Of a stretch of 43,277 nt of DNA, positions 1 through 10,980 are shown piece by piece (position 1 is the first letter of the stretch; the number at the start of each line of letters is the position of its first letter). The DNA comes from an uncultured Eubacteriales bacterium (GTDB lineage: Bacteria; Acidobacteriota; Aminicenantia; Aminicenantales; Aminicenantaceae). Under the pieces are notes generated by a model that was not told the origin of the DNA, did no database searches, and saw only the letters and a list, made by a program, of their open reading frames with translations. The DNA lies in assembly GCA_964526905.1 (NCBI GenBank), contig CAZGMN010000002.1, positions 1 to 43,277 on the forward strand. Reading direction: 5' to 3'. The position numbers were made by a program, and so were the translations under genes.

Positions 1-53
1 CCCCGACTCTGCGGATATGAGCCGCATGCTCTGACCAACTGAGCTACACCGCC
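1..53 (-). tRNA. tRNA-Met (anticodon CAT), 5' two-thirds only. The T-arm and 3' end lie beyond the window edge. It could instead be a lysidine-type tRNA-Ile2.
   Basis: The reverse complement of 1-53 reads GGCGGTG-TA-GCTC-AGTTGGTCA-GAGC-A-TGCGG-CTCATAT-CCGCA-GAGTC-GGGG. This gives an acceptor 5' half, a D-arm, and an anticodon stem TGCGG/CCGCA with loop CTCATAT (CAT at positions 34-36). It lacks the initiator hallmarks: position 1 is G, and the anticodon stem has no GGG/CCC. Confidence 0.8.
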
Positions 54-93
54 AGCGGCTTAGATTCTATTCGAATGCCAGGGTGAAGTCAAT

Positions 94-2250
94 TTATCTC
101 ACGGCGAGCCGCGAAGGGATAGATTCGAAGGTCAGAGGTCTTCCTGAAGCAGCGCTGGCCGTAGAGTCAGTGACTGAGATCAGGCCTTCGCCTTTTTCCT
201 GAGCTTCAAAGATGAGTGTGGCTAAAATTCCAACGCCTCTAATCCCTTTACCTGTTGCAGTGCTGGAAAAGCCGATGGTGCAGGAGCCGGAAGAATTATC
301 AATGTTCTTCAAGAAAGGCGCCTCTTCTCCGAGCTGAGCGAGCAAGCTTCCTTTGGCAATATCCTTTAACCTGGCCAGACTTGAATCAAAGCTTATGCTC
401 AGAGAGAGGCTCGATATTTCCTCCTGGGCGGTCAGATTGATGTTGACCCGGAATTCCTGATTCTGTGTAGCCGGAATGTTCGCCGGAGTGAGCATGATGC
501 GGTTCCGGCCTCCTCCCTCCGCTCTCCTGGCTGCCTCCGCGGCTTGTTCCGCTCTCTGCCTTGCTGTTCTCTCCGCAAGCGCCTCATCGGAAACAACTCC
601 GCTCACTCTCTCTGTGGTTGACACTCCCTCAGGACCAACCCAGATGGGCTTCAAGTCTTGTTCGCCGACAGGAATCGAGCGGACGATATGAGGGGTGACG
701 GTCAGAATGACATCTGTTTGCTGGATGGTCTGCTCGGTGCTTGAAAGGAGTCCTCCCAGGATAGGGATATCCTTCAGGGCAGCTATCCCGCTCTTGGTTT
801 TCCTCTCTTCGTCCTTCAACAGCCCGGCCAGAAGGTTTGTCTCTCCGTCCTTGAGCCTGATGACATTTTTTACTTCCCTGGTGGAGATGATGGGAATATC
901 GGCAACACCCGTTCCTGCCAGAGATTTTATTTTTATCTCCAGCTCCAGAGTGATTTCTTTCTCAGAATGAATCCTGGGCTTGATCTTGACGTCGATACCG
1001 ACATCCTGGTATTCATAGGTCACCTGCGGCTGGGTGCTGATCCCCCCGGCAGCAATAGGGTAGAGAGTTGTTCTGGGAATGGGAATCTTATCTCCGACCA
1101 GATAGTCAATATCCTCCCCTTCGATCCCGCGAAGCCGGGGTTGGGCGATAATCTTGGTGTCTGAATCAGCCTCAAGAAACTGAAGCAAAGCCGTGGGAAG
1201 CGTTATCTGAAAATATTCCTTTTTGGAAAAATCAATATCCTTCAGGCTGAGCCAGCTGTCGCTGGGAGCCGTCGGCCCGATGTATTTCAAGCCAATCGCC
1301 TGGGTCGCCAGCGCCAGGTCCACGCCAATCTGCCTGACCTTGATTCTCGAGACTTCCATGATCTCCAGGTCAATGAAGACCTCCCCTCTGGCTTTATCCC
1401 AGGAGCGGAGAATCTTCTCGGCCAGCTCGACCACGGCCGGTGTATCCCTGATCGTGACCGAATTTAAGTTTTTATCAACAGTGACTTGGGGCTGTCTATA
1501 TTGGCTGCGAAGCATCTGCTGCAGGGCGACGCGGATATCCTCGGCGTTGACATTGGAGAGATAGAAGGTCTTGATGACATTCAGCTCGTACTGAACTCTT
1601 TTCTGAGGAAGGTCAGGGGCAATCATCACTGTCTTCTCGTCAACAATGCTCGAAAAATTCTTAGAAGAAAGGCAGAGGTGATTGAGCGCCTCTTCGAAAG
1701 TCACATCAGTAAGAGTGAAGGAAAAATTGGGAATATCCCTGAATTGGTCATCAAAGAGAATGTTGATTCGAGCCTGCTTTCCCATGGCTTCAAAAATCGA
1801 CTTGAGAGGAGCCTGGACTGGAAACCTCAGCTCGATTTTCTTCTTGTCGACTTTAAGCTTGACCGGAGGCTCAATTCTGACTTCCTTCACTATCTCTTCC
1901 CTGGCTTTCTCCTTTCCCAGGGCCTCTGCCTCCTCAGCCACGGATTCGCTCAAGACGCCGTAGGAGAGAGCCTTTTCATACTCGGAGCGCGCCTCCTCAA
2001 TCTTCTGGTGGGAGCCGAGGTCACGGGCCTTATTGAGGTGAAAATAGGCCGCGGCAAGTTTGGCCCGCCAGAGCGATGTCTTGTAGATGGAATTGTCCGG
2101 ATCTTCGCGGACAGCCTTTTCGTAGCAGCTGATGGCCTTATCCCAATCCTTGTTGAGTGCAGCCTTGGTTCCCAATTTATAGCTTACGCTGAGTGTGGCG
2201 CAACCCCAACTCACCCAAGCGACTATAGCCAAAAGGACTGCTTTTTTCAT
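94..2250 (-). CDS. Secretin (PilQ/GspD family) with an N-terminal lipoprotein signal and TPR region and a C-terminal cohesin-like module
   Basis: 718-aa ORF. The signal ends ...VSWGC (lipobox-like). A TPR-like segment follows (DWDKAISCYEKAVREDPDN...). Next come secretin N-domains (NVIKTFYLSNVNAEDIRVALQQML...VTIRDTPAVVELAEKIL) and the secretin core (IIAQPRLRGIEGEDIDYLVGDKIPIP...NLLAGLLKDEERKTKSGIAALKDIPILGGLL). An Ala/Arg-rich linker and a 136-aa beta-rich tail complete the protein. It is the last gene of the overlapping pil-like operon. Confidence 0.85.
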   Translation of the reverse strand: MKKAVLLAIVAWVSWGCATLSVSYKLGTKAALNKDWDKAISCYEKAVREDPDNSIYKTSLWRAKLAAAYFHLNKARDLGSHQKIEEARSEYEKALSYGVLSESVAEEAEALGKEKAREEIVKEVRIEPPVKLKVDKKKIELRFPVQAPLKSIFEAMGKQARINILFDDQFRDIPNFSFTLTDVTFEEALNHLCLSSKNFSSIVDEKTVMIAPDLPQKRVQYELNVIKTFYLSNVNAEDIRVALQQMLRSQYRQPQVTVDKNLNSVTIRDTPAVVELAEKILRSWDKARGEVFIDLEIMEVSRIKVRQIGVDLALATQAIGLKYIGPTAPSDSWLSLKDIDFSKKEYFQITLPTALLQFLEADSDTKIIAQPRLRGIEGEDIDYLVGDKIPIPRTTLYPIAAGGISTQPQVTYEYQDVGIDVKIKPRIHSEKEITLELEIKIKSLAGTGVADIPIISTREVKNVIRLKDGETNLLAGLLKDEERKTKSGIAALKDIPILGGLLSSTEQTIQQTDVILTVTPHIVRSIPVGEQDLKPIWVGPEGVSTTERVSGVVSDEALAERTARQRAEQAAEAARRAEGGGRNRIMLTPANIPATQNQEFRVNINLTAQEEISSLSLSISFDSSLARLKDIAKGSLLAQLGEEAPFLKNIDNSSGSCTIGFSSTATGKGIRGVGILATLIFEAQEKGEGLISVTDSTASAASGRPLTFESIPSRLAVR

Positions 2251-2741
2251 TTGGAGTCTCCTTGTATCAAGTATTTCTTTTTTTCAGAGCCTGGGCCGAT
2301 GACCTCTATCTCCGAGGGCGTGACCTCTCCAATTTTGATTCCCTCGCCGATCACGTCCCCCTTCTCCACATAGAGGATATCGCCTTCAAGAACAATCAGG
2401 GCAATGATCTTCTCGCCGGAGATGATGTAGCCGATGTAGCTCAGGTTTAGAGGTGCGCGGGTTTGCTCTGACCCGATATTTTCCGCATTCTTCAGAGGGC
2501 CCTCTGGCATTCCAATCCCTTCTGACTCCGGCTGCCTTAATTCTGCTCTTCGGGGAGAAAAAATGTTCCGCAGCGGCGGCTGAAGCTCTTTTTTCTCCTT
2601 CAGCAACAGCTCTTTCCTGATAAGGCTTTTCCCTTCTCTTTCACCCCGATCTCCTTTCTGATCTGTCTTTTCCTGTCCGCTCGGCAGAGAAGCGGCAAAA
2701 AGAAAAAGGATAAAAGCAACGAGCAGAGTTTTAACTCTCAT
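2247..2741 (-). CDS. PilP/GspC-like periplasmic pilus-assembly protein (tentative)
   Basis: 164 aa with signal peptide MRVKTLLVAFILFLFAAS. The C-terminal segment LSYIGYIISGEKIIALIVLEGDILYVEKGDVIGEGIKIGEVTPSEIEV fits the PilP/GspC beta-domain pattern. It sits between the PilO-like gene and the secretin, with 4-nt and 11-nt overlaps. Confidence 0.5.
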   Translation of the reverse strand: MRVKTLLVAFILFLFAASLPSGQEKTDQKGDRGEREGKSLIRKELLLKEKKELQPPLRNIFSPRRAELRQPESEGIGMPEGPLKNAENIGSEQTRAPLNLSYIGYIISGEKIIALIVLEGDILYVEKGDVIGEGIKIGEVTPSEIEVIGPGSEKKKYLIQGDSK

Positions 2742-3288
2742 AATAACCTGCCAAGACGACTCTTAGCTCCAAAATTTCTTGGGCGCTCTCGATGCTCACA
2801 AAATCAATTTTTTCTATAACCAGAAATTTTGGAAAGACCTCGACCAGATGGATGAACCTTTTCAATGACGAGTAAGAGCTTCTCAAGTTGAAGGTGATGT
2901 TGACCCTGTTAACCTTTTCCTTCTTCAGCTCAGAATAGTTAAATTCTATCGAGGAAACGCGAACGCCGGCCTCGCTGAAGATTCGCTCCAGGTCAAGCCG
3001 GAGCTTCGGCTGAATCTCCTTTTCATAAAAATATTTATTTCTTATCTCTTCCAGGTCCTTTTGAGTCTGTTGCCACTTCAGCCATTCTTCTCTCTTCTCC
3101 GAAGTTTTTTGGGCGGCAATTTCGTAACTCTTCTCTTTGGAGCGGAGGGAAGAGACTGTCTTCAAATAATGCATCTTCTCCGGCAGGGAAATGAGCAAGA
3201 AGAAGAGGAGAGCCGCTCCGAAGAGAAAGCAGAGAAGAACTGTTATTCTCTGCTCCTTTTTGTCCAATAGATCAATTGGCTCTTTCAT
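2731..3288 (-). CDS. PilO/GspM-like bitopic membrane protein (tentative)
   Basis: 185 aa with one N-terminal TM (ITVLLCFLFGAALLFFLLISL), a coiled-coil-like segment and an alpha/beta C-terminus. The call rests on its position in the operon. Confidence 0.5.
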   Translation of the reverse strand: MKEPIDLLDKKEQRITVLLCFLFGAALLFFLLISLPEKMHYLKTVSSLRSKEKSYEIAAQKTSEKREEWLKWQQTQKDLEEIRNKYFYEKEIQPKLRLDLERIFSEAGVRVSSIEFNYSELKKEKVNRVNITFNLRSSYSSLKRFIHLVEVFPKFLVIEKIDFVSIESAQEILELRVVLAGYYES

Positions 3289-3832
3289 AGCTCAAAGAAA
3301 CATTCGAAACGAGGAATCCTCTCTCACTCTCCATTTCGCCTTCTATTCTGATGCTGAACTTCAAAGCTTTTAAGTTATTCAAAAACTCCAGGAGTCGATC
3401 CAAGTCCGTCGATACGACTCTCAACTTCAACTGCAGCCTTGAATCCTCAGCAAGAGTCGGAGCCAGGGAAAGAATGTAGCTCGAGTCGGGAAGTGAATGC
3501 TCGAGAGCTGACAGAATTTCTGTCCAGGAAAAGATTTTTCTCAAGATGATGCTGTTGACCAAATCGACTTTTTCCTTATCGTTGCGGATGGCTTCCTCGA
3601 CCTTCTTTCGAAAAGTCTTTTCCTCGGTATTGGCCACCATCAGCAGTTGATTGGTCTTTGCGATCGAGGCTCTGGCCTTTTGATCCTGGCTGCGATATTC
3701 AATATAGGTTTTTCCCGCCAGATAGCCGACAACGACCAGCAGAGCGCCCAAGATAAAGAGAAGCAGATAAAAGAATCTTCTGTTGCGCAAGGGACGACTG
3801 GCTAAATTCAAGCTCAATCTTTTAGTGGTCAT
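3272..3832 (-). CDS. PilN-like bitopic membrane protein (tentative)
   Basis: 186 aa. It has a short cytoplasmic N-terminus (LNLASRPLRNRRFF), a TM (YLLLFILGALLVVVGYLAG), then a coiled coil. It lies immediately downstream of the PilM-like gene with a 4-nt overlap. Confidence 0.55.
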   Translation of the reverse strand: MTTKRLSLNLASRPLRNRRFFYLLLFILGALLVVVGYLAGKTYIEYRSQDQKARASIAKTNQLLMVANTEEKTFRKKVEEAIRNDKEKVDLVNSIILRKIFSWTEILSALEHSLPDSSYILSLAPTLAEDSRLQLKLRVVSTDLDRLLEFLNNLKALKFSIRIEGEMESERGFLVSNVSLSYERAN

Positions 3833-4774
3833 CGCAGAATCTGCCCGATAAGAGGAGACAATATCTTGCTTTCTTTATCGCCCAGCCCCGCAGCTTGGCC
3901 GACATCGATCTCCGTCAAAGGAAAGGGAAATTTTTCTCGAAGGAGTGAAGGCAGCTCTGACCCTTGCTTCAAGAGTCCGAGGCGGACCCAGAAGGATTGG
4001 ACTCTCTTTTTCTCTCGGTCCTCGACGAAATTGACGGTATTCTCCACTTCTTTAATGACATTCTCAACTCTCTGCAGCTCGGAAAAACTTCTCTGAGACT
4101 CAGCCATAAAGAATTTCAAGCGGTAGAGCGAAACTCCAGACTCGAGGATGACCACAAGGCTGAAAAAATCCTCCTCGATGTTGACCAGCAAAAAATCTCC
4201 TTCTTTCTTCTTGATCATTAAATTGTACAGGCTCAGGGAAGGGATTCCGACGATTCTGACCCTTAGATTCAGGCCAGCGAAAAAATCTTCATACTCGCTG
4301 ATGACCGAGGAGCGCGCGACTGCAGCCAATACTCTTAGAGAATTCGAGGAGTGAATCAAATCGAAAGAAAAGCGGGCATCAGCTGGAAGCAAAGGAAGCT
4401 GCTTTTTCACCCGGAAGCGGATGAGCTGCTCTCTTTCCTTGCGGCTTGGAGGAAGAGAGCCGAAGGAAAAGACAAAAACTTTCAGGGATGATTCCGGAAT
4501 GAGGCAGGCTATCCTCTGCTCCGAAAGATGAAGTCTCTCCAAGCCTTCTTTTATTCTTCTTTCAAGAAGTGAAGGGTCTTTTATGTTTTTTTGGCTGAAG
4601 GAAGGTTCTATCACTCCTTGTTCCAAGGGTAAGATGAAATGAGCCTTAATCTTCTTTTCTTTGGCTGAGACATGGATTCCGCCGAGGTAAGAGGAAGCGA
4701 GCTGAAGAGCCGAATGGGGAAGGGATTCTCGGCTAAAATAATTCTTCACTCGCTCCAAAAAAAAGTTCATTCTC

Positions 4775-4785
<11 letters not shown>
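3829..4785 (-). CDS. PilM/GspL-cytoplasmic-domain-like (actin-like) pilus assembly protein
   Basis: 318 aa with no TM. The pattern ...LPPSRKEREQLIRFRVKKQLPLLPADARFSFDLI... and GLNLRVRIVGIPSLSLYNL resembles PilM. The gene lies between the ATPase and the PilN-like gene. The true start may be the internal MNFFLE, at 4770. Confidence 0.6.
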
Positions 4786-6390
<1,605 letters not shown>

Positions 6391-6394
<4 letters not shown>

Positions 6395-7599
6395 CTTACG
6401 ACTCTTATTATATTAAAAATGGGAAGATAAACCGAGAGGAGCATGGCGGCAATAACCAGGCCCATAAAAATGATAATGACGGGCTGGACAAGGGAAATAA
6501 AGTTATCGATTTTCGTTCTTATCCTCTCATCGTAAAAATCAGCCACATCCCTCAGCATCCCTTCCAGGTTGGCTGATGTCTCCCCAATCCGAATCATGTC
6601 AATGGAAAGCGTCGGAAAAACAGCTGTTTTGGAGAGGGAATCCGCCAGGCTTTCCCCGTCCTTGATGTGGTCAGCCAGATTTTTCATCTTTTGGGTGAGA
6701 AACTTATTGGGGACGGCTTGAATGGCGATGCCGATGGACTGGAGCAGAGTGATTCCCGCCCCAAGAAGAAGACTCAGCGTCCGGCTGAAAAGGGCAATCC
6801 CGCCTTCCAGCCAGATTGGCCCTCCGTAAGGAGTTTCAATCTTGAGCTTATCCAGAAAGGAGAGGAATTTCTCATTCCTCTTCAGCCGAAGATAGATGAG
6901 GAAAAAGAAAAGGACAGCCCCAAGCAAGAAAAAAACATTTCTTCTCACTGCCGTCGAAAAGGAGAGGAGGCTTCGGGTTATGGACGGAAGCTCGGATTGA
7001 AAATCGGCATAAAACTCAGAAAACCGAGGAAGGATAAAATTGATCAAAATGCCGACAAGAATAAGAGCGAAGACGAGGAGGAGAGCCGGATAGGTCAGAG
7101 CAGACTTCACCCTGGATTTCGTCTGGGAAATGGTCTTGGTATAATCGATATAGCGGCTGATCGAACTGGCCAAGTTTCCGCTTCGCTCTCCAGCCATAAG
7201 GGAGGCCGTATAAACCGGGGAGAAGATTCTTTCAAAGGGGACAAAGGCTTCTGACAGAGATTTTCCTTGCCGAATTTCGCTCTCGACTTTCGCCAAGAGC
7301 TCTTTAAGATGGATGTTCTTCACCCGAGAAGCAATGATTTCAATTCCACTGAGCACAGGATAGCCGGCTCGAATGAGAGCCACCAGCTCCTGGTTGAACA
7401 TGATGATATCCTTATCCTTAATCTTCTTCCCAAAAACCAGAGAAGGAATCGCAATTTTCTTCCAGTCTCTTTTGACTGAGAGGAGGCAGAGACCTCGCTG
7501 TTCAAAGTGCTTTCGGCATTCGTCCTGGGAAGAGGCAAGATAGGATTCGCAGAATACATCTCCGTCTTCTCCAGCGAAACGACAAAAATAGTAAGGCAT
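6391..7599 (-). CDS. Type II/IV secretion platform protein (GspF/PilC family)
   Basis: 402 aa with two T2SSF-type repeats and three hydrophobic TM blocks (LTYPALLLVFALILVGILINFILP; FFLLGAVLFFFLIYL; VIIIFMGLVIAAMLLSVYLPIF). ATGA overlap with the ATPase gene. Confidence 0.9.
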
Positions 7600-7706
7600 T
7601 TTTTAAGCCGATGGTCCGCCGCTTAACATTCCAATTCCTTGGTCTGAAACGCTTCCACGAATTTTGGGACGTATCCTCTATCTAAATCTCACTAATTTTT
7701 AAACTT

Positions 7707-7735
7707 ATGTTAAGTTATCCTCGGCTTTTTGTCAA
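7707..7735 (-). promoter_or_regulatory. Candidate sigma-70 promoter for the pil-like operon
   Basis: The minus strand reads TTGACA-N17-TAACAT, about 100 nt upstream of the 7599 start codon. Motif match only. Confidence 0.35.
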
Positions 7736-7759
7736 ATTTTGAAGGCTTTTTTCTTGATA

Positions 7760-7788
7760 TTGACAATTGAGGCTGAAAGATTTATTTT
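7760..7788 (+). promoter_or_regulatory. Candidate sigma-70 promoter for the small ORF and histidine kinase unit
   Basis: TTGACA (7760-7765)-N17-TATTTT (7783-7788). It lies back-to-back with the minus-strand candidate; the two -35 boxes are about 25 bp apart. Confidence 0.35.
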
Positions 7789-7813
7789 TAAAATTGTGAG
7801 AAGAAAGATTTGG

Positions 7814-8071
7814 ATGGCTCTCTTCCTATTCCTTCTCCTCATCTTCCTCTATAAGAACTTGTCCTTAAAAGAGTCATCTTTTTTAAAAAACTCGGCTGCT
7901 GAACCGCAGACTATCCCCGCTAAAAAGCCCAATTACGACTATATGAGCACTTTTCTCTCCCGCAACACAAACCCTTTAGGGCTAAAAGAAGATTTGACTT
8001 TGAAAAAACTGTTGAAGCAGCCCAGCGCAAAATGGGCAGCGAGAGCTGGAAAAAGACATATCTTGGATTAA
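7814..8071 (+). CDS. Hypothetical small single-TM protein (85 aa counted from the internal ATG of ORF 7739-8071)
   Basis: MALFLFLLLIFLYKN... forms a hydrophobic N-terminal helix. The ATG at 7814 follows the purine-rich GAGAAGAAAG. I recognise no family. Coding status is uncertain. Confidence 0.3.
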   Translation: MALFLFLLLIFLYKNLSLKESSFLKNSAAEPQTIPAKKPNYDYMSTFLSRNTNPLGLKEDLTLKKLLKQPSAKWAARAGKRHILD

Positions 8072-8095
8072 GCCATCCATATATTTTTTGCCAAA

Positions 8096-10978
8096 ATGAT
8101 TCAATTTTTTGGATTGTCAGAAAAAGAAAAAACGAAGCTCCTGGAGAAAACCAAAATTTCCATAGCTATCGTCTTCGTCTTCGTTCTTCTCCTCTTGGGT
8201 GGATTGAATGTCTATAAAAAAGCGACTTGGACCGAGCCGACAGATGGCGTCATCTGGGGCGAAAAACCCGAAGGTCTGACAGCCATTAAAGTTGAGGTCA
8301 ACAGCCCTGGTTATTTAAACGGTATCAAGAAAGGAACCATCCTCTTATCCATCAACAACAATCCAGTCAAGAACAAAATAGAGTTGGCAAAGAATCTATG
8401 GCAAGCTTCAAGCACGAATCAAAATGTCAGATACCAAACGATTCGAGAAGGTGAGCTCATCACGCCCTCTTTCTATCTGGCATTAAAAAGAGCCAATGTC
8501 ATCTACTTTTTTCTGGCCTTCATCGGTTTAACCACACTTGTCATCGGCTTGATTGTCTTCCTCAACTCAAAGAAACCCTTTACCATACCTTACGCTTTCT
8601 TCTATTTAGTCTCTTTGGCTTTTTACTCTTTGTGCATCTTTTCTTCCACTGGAAAGCTCGACAAACTGGACAGCCTTTTCTATTGGCTGGACAACATCTC
8701 CTTTCTGCTCTTTCCTCCCCTCTTCCTTCATTATTTCATCATCTTTCCTCAAAGAAAAAAATTTTTTAGAACTCAGCCGTCTTCAGTCTTCTTCCTCTAT
8801 CTCCCCGGCTTAGCCCTTCTCTTGTTCAAAATAACCATCCATCTTCCCTTCTTTCGGAATTCGAATGACCTCCTCATGCTAAGCTTTCATGACACATTGG
8901 AGAAGCTGGGCCTTCTCCATTTCGCTGTTTTTTCCATCTTGACCTTATTGACCATCCTCCACAGCACAGTTATGCCTTCAAACCTGATGGTCAAAAAACA
9001 ACTGAGGTGGATTGCCTACGGCCTTGGCCTGGGCATCATTCCCTTCACCCTTTTCTACGTCATTCCTTTCCTCTTCAACCACATCCCTTCAAGAGCAGCA
9101 GAACTCACCGTCCTCCTCCAGGCCCTCATTCCTTTGACTTTCTCCTACTCCATTTCCAGGCACCGCTTGATGAATTTTGAACTCCTTCTCAAAAAAGCGG
9201 TGACCTTGATCTCCTCCTCTGTTGTCCTGGCCATCATCTATTTCATCGCTACCTCACAGACAAAAATTTCATCTGAAAACAGGCTCAACGCTCTCTTCTT
9301 GGGAATCCTGGCCATTATTCTGGGAGCCACGCTGTTCACTCCCTTGAAAAAACTTTTCCAGTCCATCCTGGATAGGGCTTTTTATAAAAGGAGTTATCAA
9401 TACAGAAAAACTCTTCTTTCGATAAGCAAAGAACTCAGTCGAGAGAGAAACCTTCAAAAGCTCTCCCAATCTCTGCTGGAATTGATCGCCAACGCCCTCA
9501 CTCTCAAATCCATTGCCCTTCTCCTTCCGGCGGATGCTGAAAAAAAGTCATTCTCCCTTTTGAAATCCAGAGGCCAGTTGCCTCTCAGCCTAAACAAAAT
9601 AATTTTTGATGACCCTCTCTATCAAGAGTTAAAAGAAAAAGAGTTCATTTCCTATTATTCCTTTGCCGAGAAAAAAGAGCTCCAGAAGAATTTCGAAACT
9701 CTGTCCTCCTCGACTTTTTTCCATTACCTGCCGTTGAAAGTTGAAGAAAACATTATCGGCTGTCTGGCGATGAGCAAGAAAGTTGACAACACCTTCCTCA
9801 ACAGTGAAGACTGGGAGCTCCTGACCACAATCTCGTCTTCAGTGGCCTTAGCCCTGGAAAATGCCTATCTCTACAATCAGGCCAGCATCAGGGCCATGGA
9901 ATTGGAACGGCTCAAAGACTACAGCGAGAACATTATCGAAAGCCTGACTGTTGGAGTCGCCGTCCTCGATCAGCAAGCAAGAATCATCGGCTGGAACCGG
10001 GTGCTTGAGGAAACCTTCTCTTTGAAAAAAGAAGATGTCGTCAACAGGACTCTGATGGAAGTCTTGGGAGCAAAAAATTTCTCAGCCATCTTTCCTCTGG
10101 AAGGCCAACAGGATTTTCGCCTCTTGAGCGAAATCACGCTGGATGTATCGCCCCAAGAGAAAAAAATATTCGATATTGCCAAAACTCCGCTTCTCGATAA
10201 CAGGATGAATCCCTATGGCACAGTCATCGTCTTTGAGGAAATAACAGAAAAAATATTTCTGCAGCAGCAGCTTCTCACCTCAGAGAAACTTGCCTCCATC
10301 GGCCTTCTCTCTGCCGGTGTGGCCCATGAAATCAACACTCCCCTGACAGGAATTTCAAGCTATGTCCAGATACTCCAGAAAAAGCTTTCCCGATCTTCTC
10401 ACGGCCAAATTCTGGAAAAGATCGAGGCTCAAACAGAAAGAGTGGCCAGAATTATCAAAAACCTCCTCAATTTTGCCCGAAATCCTTCCGAAGCATCTTT
10501 TCATAAAGTTGACATCAAGGAGAATCTGCAGGAGATCATCTCCTTGATTGAATACAAGCTGAAAACGATGAACATCAATCTGGAGTTGAAGCTGGAGAAG
10601 CTTCGACCCCTCTGGGCGCAAGGAGAAAGACTGCAGCAGGTCTTCATCAACATTATTCTCAACGCCATCGATGCCATGCCCGACGGCGGGACGCTGAGCA
10701 TCGCGCTCAGCGAGAATTCAAAACAGGCCATGATAAAAATTCAGGATACGGGAACTGGAATCAAGGATCAGCACCTGCCCCATATCTTTGACCCCTTCTT
10801 CACAACCAAGGGCGTGGGGAAAGGGACGGGTCTCGGCCTTTCCATAAGCTATGCCATCATCAAAGAGCACGAAGGGCAAATTACTGTGGAAAGTGAATGG
10901 GGAAAAGGCTCTCTCTTCACCATATATATTCCTAAGGACTTGGACAAGAAAAAAACAAATAAGATTTCGGCGGCATAA
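8096..10978 (+). CDS. Sensor histidine kinase: TM, periplasmic PDZ-like domain, multi-TM block, GAF-like, PAS, HisKA, HATPase_c
   Basis: 960 aa. The PDZ-like segment is GLTAIKVEVNSPGYLNGIKKGTILLSINNNPVKNKIELAKNLW. About 8 hydrophobic helices occupy residues ~140-420. The H-box is AGVAHEINTPLTG. The N/G boxes are NIILNAIDAM, DTGTGI and GTGLGLS. Confidence 0.9.
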   Translation: MIQFFGLSEKEKTKLLEKTKISIAIVFVFVLLLLGGLNVYKKATWTEPTDGVIWGEKPEGLTAIKVEVNSPGYLNGIKKGTILLSINNNPVKNKIELAKNLWQASSTNQNVRYQTIREGELITPSFYLALKRANVIYFFLAFIGLTTLVIGLIVFLNSKKPFTIPYAFFYLVSLAFYSLCIFSSTGKLDKLDSLFYWLDNISFLLFPPLFLHYFIIFPQRKKFFRTQPSSVFFLYLPGLALLLFKITIHLPFFRNSNDLLMLSFHDTLEKLGLLHFAVFSILTLLTILHSTVMPSNLMVKKQLRWIAYGLGLGIIPFTLFYVIPFLFNHIPSRAAELTVLLQALIPLTFSYSISRHRLMNFELLLKKAVTLISSSVVLAIIYFIATSQTKISSENRLNALFLGILAIILGATLFTPLKKLFQSILDRAFYKRSYQYRKTLLSISKELSRERNLQKLSQSLLELIANALTLKSIALLLPADAEKKSFSLLKSRGQLPLSLNKIIFDDPLYQELKEKEFISYYSFAEKKELQKNFETLSSSTFFHYLPLKVEENIIGCLAMSKKVDNTFLNSEDWELLTTISSSVALALENAYLYNQASIRAMELERLKDYSENIIESLTVGVAVLDQQARIIGWNRVLEETFSLKKEDVVNRTLMEVLGAKNFSAIFPLEGQQDFRLLSEITLDVSPQEKKIFDIAKTPLLDNRMNPYGTVIVFEEITEKIFLQQQLLTSEKLASIGLLSAGVAHEINTPLTGISSYVQILQKKLSRSSHGQILEKIEAQTERVARIIKNLLNFARNPSEASFHKVDIKENLQEIISLIEYKLKTMNINLELKLEKLRPLWAQGERLQQVFINIILNAIDAMPDGGTLSIALSENSKQAMIKIQDTGTGIKDQHLPHIFDPFFTTKGVGKGTGLGLSISYAIIKEHEGQITVESEWGKGSLFTIYIPKDLDKKKTNKISAA

Positions 10979-10980
10979 AA

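Noticed and set aside
1-93. The tRNA-Met at the window edge was checked as a possible integration hotspot (att site or integrase)
   Set aside because: There is no integrase, no direct repeat of the tRNA 3' end and no mobile gene in the window. The tRNA 3' end itself lies outside the window, so this cannot be assessed.
1486-2373. 295-aa plus-strand ORF antisense to the secretin gene. Similar long shadow ORFs lie at 13444-14268 (274 aa), 21877-22632 (251 aa), 31688-32443 (251 aa), 22629-23210 (193 aa) and 6667-7254 (195 aa).
   Set aside because: Each lies entirely inside, and opposite to, a gene with clear family motifs. Their translations are low-complexity and rich in Arg, Ser and Leu, with no recognisable motifs. 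This is best explained by stop-codon depletion on the antisense strand of biased coding sequence.
7619-7634. Minus-strand TTGGAATGTTAAGCGG upstream of the pil-like operon, which looked like a sigma-54 -24/-12 element
   Set aside because: The GG-to-GC spacing is two bases short of the invariant spacing and the -12 TTGC is missing.
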